DNA of 54,245 bases, taken from the IMG/VR virus record IMGVR_UViG_3300048073_000020, positions 1 to 54,245 of that record; one strand, 5' to 3'. Both the position numbers and the translations under genes were made by a program. The notes under the pieces are model-generated. The model had not been told where the DNA came from, made no database searches, and saw nothing but the letters and a program-made list of their open reading frames with translations. This stretch comes from a virus (taxonomy: Duplodnaviria > Caudoviricetes). Below, piece by piece: positions 1 through 9,235 of the stretch (its first letter is position 1; each line of letters starts with the position of its first letter).

Positions 1-3
1 CCC

Positions 4-41
4 ACTGACGGCCCCGTCAGTCTAGCACTACGTCACACTTT
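4..41 (-). promoter_or_regulatory. Early promoter/operator element copy 1: palindrome ACTGACGG-CC-CCGTCAGT (4-21), -35 TAGACT (19-24), TGTGA box (33-37); -10 GATACT spans the window junction (54241-54245 + 1)
   Basis: Near-identical to copies at 34455-34500 and 52470-52515; a 17-bp spacer results only if the ends are joined. Confidence 0.8.
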
Positions 42-338
42 GATAATCAGCCGGTTCGGGTCGAACGCGCATTGCGACCAGTCCACGAGGGTCAAGTCGC
101 CCTTGCCGGGTATCTTCCGCAGCTCGTCGGGCGGTGCGCACCACTTGCCACCGTACGACGGCGTACCGAACGGCCCGTCGATATCGTGCAGCCAGCCCTC
201 GTATAACTCTCGGGTGCCGACGTTTATCAACTGGCCCCAATACAGCTCGCTGACGACCTCGCACTCGATACGCTTCGTGCCCGAGCTGCCCACGAACCAA
301 ACAATTTCGCCCACTGCGAACGGTGACGTTGGGGTCAT
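33..338 (-). CDS. hypothetical protein (probable start MTPTSPF, ATGA overlap with upstream gene)
   Basis: ORF track 33..434; ATG at 338 overlaps the stop of 335..949. Confidence 0.6.
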   Translation of the reverse strand: MTPTSPFAVGEIVWFVGSSGTKRIECEVVSELYWGQLINVGTRELYEGWLHDIDGPFGTPSYGGKWCAPPDELRKIPGKGDLTLVDWSQCAFDPNRLIIKV

Positions 339-949
339 CGGATTTCCGGCAACTTCGCCGCCGCCTTTGCGTGTACCTCTCGGTAGTATTGTTTGTAATT
401 CGGCGTCGTGAGGTAGCCCCATTTCTGCCGCCACTTGAATGCAACGAACAACGTGAAGACCTCGATAGGCAAGTCGCGCACGTCACCGTTGCCGCAGTCG
501 ATGTTCTCGTGCGGAATGATGACCTTGTGCCACTGATCGTAACGTCGGAACGCAATCGAACCGTTCTCGCGATGTGCCACGGCGTTGCGCTCGAACATGC
601 CGTGCTTGAACACCGGCGTAGCCTCGAAGTATTCCCCGCGCAGTATCACGCTGACAAACGAGAACGGGTGGTCGTGGTAATGCTCGCCCGTGTCGCTGCG
701 AAGGATGTGATGTATGCGTATCGATATATCGAGCTTCTGCAAGAGCCACACGAACGGGTTCTTGCGCCACTGCGCGGTGTAACAACCGTCGGTGCCCTCG
801 GGCTCGCCGTGCAGCGGTGGGAATGGCACGAGCCAATAGCGATCCATGTACGCGGGCAAATGAAAGTACGGCGTAGCCAACGCTCGCGCAATCAGATATC
901 CCGCGATCCGATCAAACAATCGAGTTCCTATCAGTGTCTTGATGTTCAT
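335..949 (-). CDS. hypothetical phage protein, His-rich cupin-like motif
   Basis: HHILRSD...HYHDHPFSFVSVILRGEY and later QWHKV; coupled to neighbours. Confidence 0.6.
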   Translation of the reverse strand: MNIKTLIGTRLFDRIAGYLIARALATPYFHLPAYMDRYWLVPFPPLHGEPEGTDGCYTAQWRKNPFVWLLQKLDISIRIHHILRSDTGEHYHDHPFSFVSVILRGEYFEATPVFKHGMFERNAVAHRENGSIAFRRYDQWHKVIIPHENIDCGNGDVRDLPIEVFTLFVAFKWRQKWGYLTTPNYKQYYREVHAKAAAKLPEIR

Positions 950-1215
950 TCGCGCACCTCGGTTTCGTCGTAACTTCTAATAACGCTTTCACCATTGCAG
1001 CCGCCGCACAAACCGAACTCTTCACTGTACGGCTGCCCCTGGCACTCGGGGCATTCAATCGGCGGCAGGAACTTCGGCACCGGCCAACACGAGGTAGCGT
1101 GGTAAATCACCTCGTCGCGGGTGCGGCCCGAGGCGTACCACCGCACGCCGTGTTCGATCAGCACGCCGCGCGGTCGCGCGCTCTTGGCGTAGAGAATGAC
1201 GCACATAGTGTTCAT
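946..1215 (-). CDS. hypothetical protein with CxxC..CxxC zinc finger
   Basis: ECPECQG...LCGGCNG; ATGA overlap. Confidence 0.55.
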   Translation of the reverse strand: MNTMCVILYAKSARPRGVLIEHGVRWYASGRTRDEVIYHATSCWPVPKFLPPIECPECQGQPYSEEFGLCGGCNGESVIRSYDETEVRE

Positions 1216-1221
1216 GGGGTG

Positions 1222-1695
1222 TTACTCGTCGCAGATTGAGCAGAAGCCGGCGTCGATGCCGTGCTCGCAGCGCTCGGGCTTGTCGCTGTACTCGGCACTC
1301 GGCAGCGTATCGAGCGGCGGGGCCACGCGGGCACCGGGCGGCGCGGTCGTGGGTGTGAGTATCGAGGCCGGTAGTTGCTCGCGCTTGTACATGAGCGGTG
1401 CGGCGTCGGGGCAAGCGCTACGGTCGAACGCGTCGATGCACTGTTGCAAGTAGTCGCGCAGCGTTGCACGTTGCGATTCGCTGTACGTCTTGCGAGCCCA
1501 TAAGCCGGCGGGCGTGTACGGTGCCGCTTCCTTGTCGAAGGCGTTGCGCGTCTGCTTGAAGGGCATCACGCACTCTACGCACCCGCCGTTGCTTACGTAG
1601 CGGTCGGCAACGTGGCCGTGCTTGCAAGGCACGCCCGTGTTGTAGCGTGTCTTACCCGCTTCGAACGCTGCACGCCGCAGCTCTTGGTTCTTCAT
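1222..1695 (-). CDS. hypothetical protein with N-terminal Cys/His motif
   Basis: RYNTGVPCKHGHVADRYVSNGGCVEC; start taken as MKNQ at 1695. Confidence 0.6.
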   Translation of the reverse strand: MKNQELRRAAFEAGKTRYNTGVPCKHGHVADRYVSNGGCVECVMPFKQTRNAFDKEAAPYTPAGLWARKTYSESQRATLRDYLQQCIDAFDRSACPDAAPLMYKREQLPASILTPTTAPPGARVAPPLDTLPSAEYSDKPERCEHGIDAGFCSICDE

Positions 1696-2010
1696 CTTGC
1701 ACCCCGTTACAGTAAATAACCTCACTAGTGCGAGAGTAGTCGAATTGCACCCCCGGTGTCTACCGTTATAACTGTTTCTTTATTTAGCATTATCTATTCT
1801 GTAATTACTTCCCGCTAAATATAGAAGCAGTAATTACGATAAAGACCGGGGGTGTAAACAGGGGTTGCCTCGAACAATGAGATTATTTAGTGAGATTCCC
1901 TTGCAAGCCTTGCAACGTGCGCTCTTGCATCTTGCAACGTGCGTTAGCGTTCGTCCGAGCGTGGGTACAGGACGTAAATAACTGTAACTAACAGGGGCTT
2001 GCAGATGCGT
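1696..2010. other. AT-rich divergent intergenic region with TTGCA/TTGCACCCC repeats; candidate replication origin or pac region
   Basis: AT-rich tract ~1765-1840; ttgcacccc near 1697 and 1745; four cttgca within 1900-1945; largest non-coding gap. Confidence 0.45.
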
Positions 2011-2033
2011 ACAGGGCGCGCTACCGTGCGGGC

Positions 2034-2822
2034 ATGGAAACAGCAAGGCAAAAGGCCGGACCCCTGGCCGTTGATGATCGCGACACTGTGGGCGATACCT
2101 GCACCGCGAAGCAAGACGCGTTCGCCCGTGCGTGGGCCGAGACGGGCAACCAGTCGGCCGCCTATCGCAAGGCGTATGACGTTCACCCCGAGACGCTGCC
2201 CGGCACCGTGTGGTCGGCGGCCTCGCGCATCGCTGCGATTCCCTGCGTGCGCCGTCGCTTCGAAGAGGTGCGGCAGCAGCTCGCGCTCGAAACAATCGTC
2301 AGCGTGCGAGACGCCCTGCAGTGGCAACTCGATATCGCTACGGCTGACCCAAACGAACTCGCCTACGTTGCGAAGCGTGCTTGCCGTCACTGTCACGGCG
2401 TCGGCCATGCGTTCCAGTGGATCGACGATAACGAGTACATGAACGCGTGCGTTGAAGCGATAGACAAGCAGAAGCCGTGCCCCACCGACGAGGGCGGCTA
2501 CGGCTACACGCGAGCGAAAGACCCCGCGACGACGTGCCCCTCTTGCCTTGGCAACGGCATCACGGAAAACGTGTTGAACGACACGCGCAACCTGACGGGC
2601 AAGGCGCGCAAGCTCTACAAGGGCATTGATATCAAGAACGGCGAGCTTGTGGTCACGATGCACGACCAAGCGAAAGCGTGGGAAATGGTCTGCCGTATGC
2701 TCGGTGCGTTTAACGACAAGCTCGACTTGCGCACGCCGGCCGACCGCGCAGCAGCGGCCAAGATGCCCGACAACGTAGGCGAGCAGGAAGCGGCCCGCGC
2801 CTACCTTGCGATGTTGAATTGA
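2034..2822 (+). CDS. terS: terminase small subunit with Cys-rich insertion
   Basis: N-terminal KQDAFARAWAETGNQSAAYRKAY HTH typical of TerS; CRHC...CPSC; first gene of late block. Confidence 0.75.
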   Translation: METARQKAGPLAVDDRDTVGDTCTAKQDAFARAWAETGNQSAAYRKAYDVHPETLPGTVWSAASRIAAIPCVRRRFEEVRQQLALETIVSVRDALQWQLDIATADPNELAYVAKRACRHCHGVGHAFQWIDDNEYMNACVEAIDKQKPCPTDEGGYGYTRAKDPATTCPSCLGNGITENVLNDTRNLTGKARKLYKGIDIKNGELVVTMHDQAKAWEMVCRMLGAFNDKLDLRTPADRAAAAKMPDNVGEQEAARAYLAMLN

Positions 2823-2832
2823 CGTAGGGAAT

Positions 2833-2936
2833 ATTCCGTCAGGTAAATACTACGCGCCCTGACGGAACCGTTAGGGGCTTCCCTGCATTGCCTTCGTAAC
2901 TGACGGGTTCGTCAGTGGCTGCCGGCTACGTCAGTC
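2833..2936. promoter_or_regulatory. cluster of degenerate operator palindromes: CCTGACGG-AA-CCGTTAGG (2858-2875), ACTGACGG-GT-TCGTCAGT (2899-2916) plus half sites
   Basis: Same motif as the early promoter element. Confidence 0.65.
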
Positions 2937-2961
2937 AATCAACTATACGAGGTAATAGCAC

Positions 2962-3612
2962 ATGAATACTATCGAGCAAATCGTTAAGGCGAAATTTCTC
3001 GCCACTGACGCCCAAGTGCAAGCGTTGGCCGTCGTTGTATCTAACGGTGTCACGGCTACGGGCATATATCTCGGCGTCGTCCTGGCCCATGTACAGGCCG
3101 CACTCGCCGAGCGTAAGCGCGTTACCCCACGCGTTGCCGAGGCGTGCATCGACGAAGTGCATAAGCGGCTCTACCCGCATGTGCTCGCTGGCGTTGGGCC
3201 GGCCGAGATGCCGACCGACGAGCGCAACATCAAAGCCAACTACGCTCGCAGCGCTGCCAGCGACCTGCGCTACTTCGCCAAGGCCGGCGGCGACGTTCGA
3301 ACCCTCGACCCCGCCACGGTCAAAAAGGCGGCCTTGCGTGCCGAGGGTGCCGATGTTCCCACGGGAACACGAGTCGAGCGCGGAATCGCAGCCAGCCTCG
3401 CACGGTTCGAGCGCATCGTGCAGCGCTTGGCAAAGACCTCGGCCGACGCTGCCCGCAAGCAGATCGAAGACGCGCAGGCCAAGCTCGAAGCGCTGCTCGC
3501 GACGCTCGACAAGCCCACCCGCCACCGCCCGCGCAAGGCGGCTGTACGTGTGACTAGCACCAAGGGGTTGCGTCGCACGCGCCACACCACCGAGCAGCCC
3601 ACCGCCCACTAG
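2962..3612 (+). CDS. hypothetical helical protein with basic C-terminal tail
   Basis: RBS GAGGT upstream; K/R-rich C-terminus. Confidence 0.7.
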   Translation: MNTIEQIVKAKFLATDAQVQALAVVVSNGVTATGIYLGVVLAHVQAALAERKRVTPRVAEACIDEVHKRLYPHVLAGVGPAEMPTDERNIKANYARSAASDLRYFAKAGGDVRTLDPATVKKAALRAEGADVPTGTRVERGIAASLARFERIVQRLAKTSADAARKQIEDAQAKLEALLATLDKPTRHRPRKAAVRVTSTKGLRRTRHTTEQPTAH

Positions 3613-3692
3613 GCGGAATCAAGGCACTAGCTGCCGGAACTTTGTAGCGCTAGACTCCGCGCCGGGCTCACACCTTGCGCGGAGTTTTTCCT

Positions 3693-4091
3693 ATGGGCAT
3701 CCCTTCGTTTCGCGGCCTCGAACGCGCCTTGCTGGCCCTCGTCGTCGTCCTGCTGCTCGGCGTGTTCTTCGCCGGTCGAGCTTCCGCTGCAACCCTATTC
3801 GTCACCGAGTTCGCCGGGCCGCCTTCGGTGTCGGTCTACTACCAAGCGGCCAACGCCCCCGCCCTCGTCGAGCAGACCGTCGCCATTGGTGGCGCGAGCG
3901 TGCAGTCGGCCGTCTTCGGCAGCTCGACCAAGCTCGTGCGCGTGCATGCCGACGTAGCCTGCAGCGTGGTCGTAGGCGGCACGAACCCCACCGCCACCGC
4001 CACGAGCATGCGACTAGCTGCAGGGCAAACCGAATACTTCGTCGTCATTCCCGGCCAGCGTCTTGCGGTGATCGTCGCGGCGGTGCCGTGA
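3693..4091 (+). CDS. signal-peptide-bearing beta-rich protein
   Basis: Hydrophobic N-terminus ending ASA-A; mature part LVRVHADVACSVVVGGTNPTATATSMRLAAGQTEYF. Confidence 0.7.
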   Translation: MGIPSFRGLERALLALVVVLLLGVFFAGRASAATLFVTEFAGPPSVSVYYQAANAPALVEQTVAIGGASVQSAVFGSSTKLVRVHADVACSVVVGGTNPTATATSMRLAAGQTEYFVVIPGQRLAVIVAAVP

Positions 4092-4324
4092 TGCATGCCG
4101 CAGCCCGCATCGTGCTCGGGCTCGTAGTGGCAACGCTGCTCGTCGGCGTGTTCGCTATCGCGCACGGGCAAAGCGTAGGCCGCGTCGGTGGCGTGGGCGC
4201 TTTCATGAGCCCCAAGCCTGCCGGCGGTGGCACGCCCGCCAACACGTTTCGCATCGTCACCGAAGGCAATGCGAACTTAGTCACAGAATCTAGCGTCGTC
4301 ATTGAAACCGAGGCTGCCCCATGA
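4088..4324 (+). CDS. small signal-peptide-bearing protein
   Basis: RIVLGLVVATLLVGVFAIAHG-Q; overlaps both neighbours by 4 bp. Confidence 0.6.
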   Translation: MMHAAARIVLGLVVATLLVGVFAIAHGQSVGRVGGVGAFMSPKPAGGGTPANTFRIVTEGNANLVTESSVVIETEAAP

Positions 4325-4863
4325 AACGTTTTGCATTACTGCTGCTTTCGGCAGCCCTTACCCTTGCGGCTGGCATCGCGGTCGCGCAGGTCAAAATATC
4401 CGAGCTGCCGGCGGCTGGCGCTCTTGCAGGCACCGAGCCCGTTCCTATCGTGCAAGGCGGCGCAACGGTGCGCACGACCGCTACGGCTATCGCTGCGCTC
4501 GCCGGGGGCACGACCCTCGCCTCGGGCATTTGGACGCCGACCTGCACGCTAGGCTCGAACGCCGAAGCCTGCACGGGCGTTGCGGGCGTTTACCTGCGCG
4601 TCGGCTCGTCGGTGCAGTGGTCGGCGCGTCTGAACGCTGACAGTTCGGGCAGCGCTACCTTTACCGTCAATATCTCGCTGCCGGTCGCGTCGAACTTCGC
4701 AGCCGTTACCGACGGCATAGGTACATGCGTCTCGCCCACGACCTCGGCCAGCGTTGGCGGCGCGCAGGCTGACGGCACGGCCGATAACCTTGCGATTAAC
4801 TTCGTAGCGACGCAGACAAGCTCGCAGACGTATTACTGCTCGGGCACCTACCGCGTGATATGA
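4321..4863 (+). CDS. exported fibre-like protein
   Basis: Signal peptide MKRFALLLLSAALTLAAGIAVA-Q; KISELPAA...VPIVQGGAT fibre-like N-terminal motif; 4 Cys. Confidence 0.7.
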   Translation: MKRFALLLLSAALTLAAGIAVAQVKISELPAAGALAGTEPVPIVQGGATVRTTATAIAALAGGTTLASGIWTPTCTLGSNAEACTGVAGVYLRVGSSVQWSARLNADSSGSATFTVNISLPVASNFAAVTDGIGTCVSPTTSASVGGAQADGTADNLAINFVATQTSSQTYYCSGTYRVI

Positions 4864-4901
4864 TCGGTGCGGGATATCCCCACACCAAAGGAAGCACGCA
4901 A

Positions 4902-5330
4902 ATGTTGAAACGTTTTCTACTGGCCCTCGCTGCCGCAGCCGTCACTCTCGTAGCCGCCCCCGCATCTGCCGCCACCGCCGCGCTTAACGTGTCGTGGACG
5001 CTGCCGACGCAAGGCTGCGTGAACCCGCCGAGCTGCACGCAGAATGTGCCGTTAACCGGCGAGTATGCGTTGACGGCTATCAAGCTCTACGTATCGACGA
5101 GCCCGATTGCTGATACGTCCACGATGACACCCTCGGCCACGTTCGGCGCGGGTGTGACGACTGCAACGTACAACGCCACCGTAGCGAACGGCGATACGCT
5201 GTACGTGCGGGTCAAGGCTACGAATGCGTTCGGCGACTCGGCGTTCTCGACCGAGGTAGCCAAGCTCGTGACCGTGCCAGCCCGCCCCGGCGTGCCGACC
5301 TCGGTTACGGTGACGCTGACCATTACCTAG
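4902..5330 (+). CDS. exported fibronectin type III-like protein
   Basis: Signal peptide ending ASA-A; VSWTLPT...YVRVKATNAFGDSAFS FN3 pattern; RBS AAGGA. Confidence 0.75.
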   Translation: MLKRFLLALAAAAVTLVAAPASAATAALNVSWTLPTQGCVNPPSCTQNVPLTGEYALTAIKLYVSTSPIADTSTMTPSATFGAGVTTATYNATVANGDTLYVRVKATNAFGDSAFSTEVAKLVTVPARPGVPTSVTVTLTIT

Positions 5331-5357
5331 CGTTCGATTCGCTGCTATGCTCGTCAG

Positions 5358-5387
5358 GGCCGCCCTAATCCGGCGGCCTTGTCTTTT
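5358..5387 (+). terminator. probable rho-independent terminator
   Basis: GGCCGCC-ctaatcc-GGCGGCC followed by TTGTCTTTT. Confidence 0.55.
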
Positions 5388-5409
5388 CATAACCCAAGGA
5401 ATCACGCAC

Positions 5410-5796
5410 ATGACGAACGAAGTACAGCAAGTCGAATCGCTACGCATCGCGCGCGGTAAGCTCGCGGGCGCAATCGAGATTTTCGCCCCGATTGGCGTGC
5501 AGCGTGTGAACGCGCTCGAACTGATCGGTGCAAGCCTGATCGAATTCGAGGCCGCCGTGCGCGAAGACGAACGTGCCAAGAGCGGCGACGCGGTGGCCCT
5601 GGCGCAAGCGCAGGCACTCGACGCGCAGGCCGGCGCACACGGCGACCGCGTGGCAGCCGAGGCCGCCTTGCGTGGCGCAGCCGACGCGCAGAATGTCACC
5701 GCTGCCGACCTCACAGCCCCCACACTGACGCCACCGTCGGAAAACATCGCAGTTGAAGAGAAAGCGGCCGACGCCCCGCCGCGCAAGCGCAAGTAA
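5410..5796 (+). CDS. hypothetical Ala-rich protein
   Basis: RBS AAGGA before ATG 5410; directly upstream of terL. Confidence 0.65.
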   Translation: MTNEVQQVESLRIARGKLAGAIEIFAPIGVQRVNALELIGASLIEFEAAVREDERAKSGDAVALAQAQALDAQAGAHGDRVAAEAALRGAADAQNVTAADLTAPTLTPPSENIAVEEKAADAPPRKRK

Positions 5797-5802
5797 TCGG
5801 GC

Positions 5803-7497
5803 ATGAATGCGGTAGTAGCGCCCGCGCCGTTCGATTGGCGGAACCCCGACTATGTGTCGGTGTTCAAGCAGCGAGCGGCACGCCTAGCGAAACTTCGGGC
5901 CGACCCGATGATGCTGCTAGACGTTCGGCGCTACTACCGCACGCACCCCGACGACTTCATCAACGATTGGGGCATCACGGTCGATACGCGCGTCGTTGCG
6001 AAGGGCCGCTCGTCGATAATGCCCCTGCTGCTATGGCCCAAGCAGCGCGAATACGTGCAATGGTTATACAAACGTTGGACGAAGGGCGAAGATGGCGTCG
6101 TCGTCAAGTCTCGCGACGTTGGTATCTCGTGGCTTGCGATGGCGTTCTCGTCAACGCTCGGAATATTCTACGACGATGTTTCTATCGGCTTCGGCAGTGA
6201 AAAGGAAGACAAAGTAGACCGCAGCGGCGACCCCGACTGCTTGTTCTACAAGGGCCGAATGTTTCTTACGTATCTGCCTGCCGAGTTCAACGGCGGGTGG
6301 ACGCTCAAGAGTAACAGCGCGCACATGCGCCTCTCGTTTCCGCTGACGGGCTCGTCAATCACGGGTGAAGCCGGCGACAACATCGGGCGCGGTGGCCGTA
6401 AGGCGTTGTACTTCGTAGACGAATCGGCGCACATCCCGAACCCGAAGGCTATCGACGCTTCGCTTATCGCCAACACCGAGACGCGCATCGATATGTCGAG
6501 CGTTAACGGCATGGCGAATAGTTTCGCCGAGCGTGCCCACAATCCAAACATCGAGCGCTTCGACTTCGCGCTCGAAGACGACCCACGCCGCGACGAGGAA
6601 TATTGGCGCGTCAAGCGTGCGAAGACCGACCCCGTTGTCTTCGCTGCCGAGTACGAGCGCAATTTCTCCGCGTCTATCGAAGGCGTCGTTATCCCGGCGT
6701 TGTGGGTGACGAGTTCGTTAGATGCGCACAAGCGTCTCGGGCTCAAGCCGTCAGGGCTGCGACGTGCCGCAATGGACGTTGCCGACGGTGGCGCGGACGC
6801 GAACGCATACGGCGTTGCAGACGACTTCCTCGTGCAGCATGTTGAATCGTGGAAGGGCTCGGCCGACCTCGATATCTTCCATAGCGTCGAGAAAGCGTTC
6901 CTACTGTCAGACCTGCACGGCCTGCCCGGCTTCCACTACGACGCCGACGGCCTCGGTGCCAGCGTTCGAGGCGACGCGCGCAAGGTCAACGAGAAGCGCA
7001 TCGAGCAGGAAATGCGCGAACTGATCGTCGAGGCGTTCCGGGGCAGCGCCGAGGTGTTCGACCCCGAGCGCATCGTCGAGGGCACCGAACGCAAGGCCGA
7101 AGATTTCTTCGAGAACTTGAAGGCGCAAGCATGGTGGCTGCTGCGTGACCGCTTCCGTTACACGCACCACGTCGTCGAGTATTTCAAGGAACACGGCACG
7201 CTTCCGACCGACTTCGAAATCGAGCGGTTCATCTCGATATCGTCCGAGTTCGCCGAGTCGGCCAAGCTGCGCACCGAACTCTCGCAGCCTGTATGGGCGA
7301 CCTCGAAGCGCGGTAAGGTCATGGTCGATAAGTGCCCGGTCGGCACGAAGACCGAGGTACGCCGGGCCATCAAGTCGCCAAACTTGGCCGACACCGTTAT
7401 GATGCTCTTTGCCCCGTTCCGCCCGGCGATGGTCATCAACCCCGCTATTCTTCAACTCGCGAGCACCGCTGCCCATGTTCCGCAACGTCGCTACTAG
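5803..7497 (+). CDS. terL: terminase large subunit
   Basis: Walker A-like VVKSRDVGISW, Walker B YFVDESAH, nuclease MDVADGG and SPNLADT. Confidence 0.92.
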   Translation: MNAVVAPAPFDWRNPDYVSVFKQRAARLAKLRADPMMLLDVRRYYRTHPDDFINDWGITVDTRVVAKGRSSIMPLLLWPKQREYVQWLYKRWTKGEDGVVVKSRDVGISWLAMAFSSTLGIFYDDVSIGFGSEKEDKVDRSGDPDCLFYKGRMFLTYLPAEFNGGWTLKSNSAHMRLSFPLTGSSITGEAGDNIGRGGRKALYFVDESAHIPNPKAIDASLIANTETRIDMSSVNGMANSFAERAHNPNIERFDFALEDDPRRDEEYWRVKRAKTDPVVFAAEYERNFSASIEGVVIPALWVTSSLDAHKRLGLKPSGLRRAAMDVADGGADANAYGVADDFLVQHVESWKGSADLDIFHSVEKAFLLSDLHGLPGFHYDADGLGASVRGDARKVNEKRIEQEMRELIVEAFRGSAEVFDPERIVEGTERKAEDFFENLKAQAWWLLRDRFRYTHHVVEYFKEHGTLPTDFEIERFISISSEFAESAKLRTELSQPVWATSKRGKVMVDKCPVGTKTEVRRAIKSPNLADTVMMLFAPFRPAMVINPAILQLASTAAHVPQRRY

Positions 7498-9235
7498 TCT
7501 TCGTAACGCCCTGCGCCGATGGCTCGGGGTCGTGGACGCCGCTACCCCCGCCCCCAAGCAGGCCGAGGGCATGAGCATCGCCCACGAGCTTCTAATCAAG
7601 GCCGGCGAGAAAGTGGTACACCGCAAGGTCGAGCCCCCGAAACTATTCCCCGGTGTCGTGCCGGCCTCGACGCAGTTCACTGCCGACCCTGGCGCGCTCG
7701 GGCCGTTCATAGCGGCCGATAGTGAATTGCTCGCCCCTGCATACAGCTACGCAAATCAAGCGTACTGCGGCCTCGGGTTTCCGGGCTACGCCTACCTTGC
7801 CGAACTGTCGCAGCGATCCGAGTATCGAAGCCCGAGCGAAACGATTGCCAGCGAAATGACACGCGAATGGATTGCGCTAGTAGTCAAGGGCGCTGCACGC
7901 CGCGACAACAAGCCGCAAGACAAGCAGCGCATGCAAGACGACGACCTCGGCGAAGACGCGTTGCCCGAGGAAGCGCCGACCGAAGGCGACGACGAGGGCC
8001 AGGACGACGAGACGCAAAAGAAAATCGAATTGCTGACGGAAGCAATGGAAGAATTCAAGGTGCGCGAAGCCCTCGGCAAGTGCGCCGAACTCGACGGGCT
8101 ATTCGGCCGTGCGCAGATTTTCATCGACATAGACACCGCCGGCCGCGAACGTGACGAAGTGCGGCAGCTTCCTCTCGTGATTTCGAAGGAAACAATTAAG
8201 AAAGGTTCGCTTAAAGCGTTGACCGTGGTCGAGCCTATTTGGACGACGCCATTTACATACAACGCGAGCGACCCCACTGCCCCCGATTTCTACAAGCCGA
8301 AAGCGTGGTTTATCCTCGGCAAGCGCACGCACGCGTCGCGGCTGCTTACTTTCATCATGCGCGAAGTGCCGGATATCCTGAAACCGGCTTACAACTTCGG
8401 CGGCTTGAGCATGACGCAGTTGATGGAATCGTATGTATTCCGGTGGCTGCGCACGTCGAACTCGGTCAGCGACCTGATTCACAATTTTAGCGTGATGGCC
8501 CTCTCGACGGACATGACGCAGATTCTACAGGGCAAGGCTGACAAGCCCGGCGGTCTGCTCGACCGCGCGCGTTTGTTTGTAGCGACTCGCGACAATCAGG
8601 GCTTGACCCTGCTCGACAAAGACAAGGAAGAACTAAACGCGGTGAACGTGCCGCTGTCGGGGCTCGAAGGCTTGCAAGCGCAGTCGCAAGAGCAAATGGC
8701 CGGCCCTTCGCACATCCCGCTCGTGAAGCTGCTCGGCATCACGCCTACCGGCTTGAACGCATCGAGCGAGGGGGAAATCAAAGTTTTCTACGACTTCGTG
8801 CGCGCATGTCAGCAGAAGTTTTACGCCGAGCACTTGAATACAATTCTGCAGCTCTTGCAGCTTCACCTATTCGGCGAGGTTGATGATTCTATCGGCTTCG
8901 AGTTTAAGCCGCTGTCGAGCCCGACAGTCAAAGAACTCGCCGAGATTCGCAAGGCGAACGCCGATACCGCTGCCGTGTACATCGACAAGGGTGTGATATC
9001 GCCCGACGAAGTGCGCGCGAAAGTTAACAACGACCCCGAATCGGGATACGACAACCTCACGGGCGACGCACCCCCACCGCCAACGCAGGTTGACGCCGAG
9101 CACGGTGCCGAGCTTGACGAGCAAGCGGCCGGCGCTGCGCACGAGCGTGGGGAAGAATCGGCCGAGGCTGCACACGAACGGCAGCTCGAAGCCGACAAGG
9201 CGGCGGCGAAGAACAAGCCGAAGGCGACCGCGTGA
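7475..9235 (+). CDS. portal protein (DUF1073-like)
   Basis: Follows terL; IPLVKLLGITPTGLNASSEGE motif. Confidence 0.85.
   Translation: MFRNVATSLRNALRRWLGVVDAATPAPKQAEGMSIAHELLIKAGEKVVHRKVEPPKLFPGVVPASTQFTADPGALGPFIAADSELLAPAYSYANQAYCGLGFPGYAYLAELSQRSEYRSPSETIASEMTREWIALVVKGAARRDNKPQDKQRMQDDDLGEDALPEEAPTEGDDEGQDDETQKKIELLTEAMEEFKVREALGKCAELDGLFGRAQIFIDIDTAGRERDEVRQLPLVISKETIKKGSLKALTVVEPIWTTPFTYNASDPTAPDFYKPKAWFILGKRTHASRLLTFIMREVPDILKPAYNFGGLSMTQLMESYVFRWLRTSNSVSDLIHNFSVMALSTDMTQILQGKADKPGGLLDRARLFVATRDNQGLTLLDKDKEELNAVNVPLSGLEGLQAQSQEQMAGPSHIPLVKLLGITPTGLNASSEGEIKVFYDFVRACQQKFYAEHLNTILQLLQLHLFGEVDDSIGFEFKPLSSPTVKELAEIRKANADTAAVYIDKGVISPDEVRAKVNNDPESGYDNLTGDAPPPPTQVDAEHGAELDEQAAGAAHERGEESAEAAHERQLEADKAAAKNKPKATA

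Noticed and set aside
1834-2295. ORFs spanning the AT-rich intergenic region
   Set aside because: Overlap terS antisense or out of frame; no RBS or motifs
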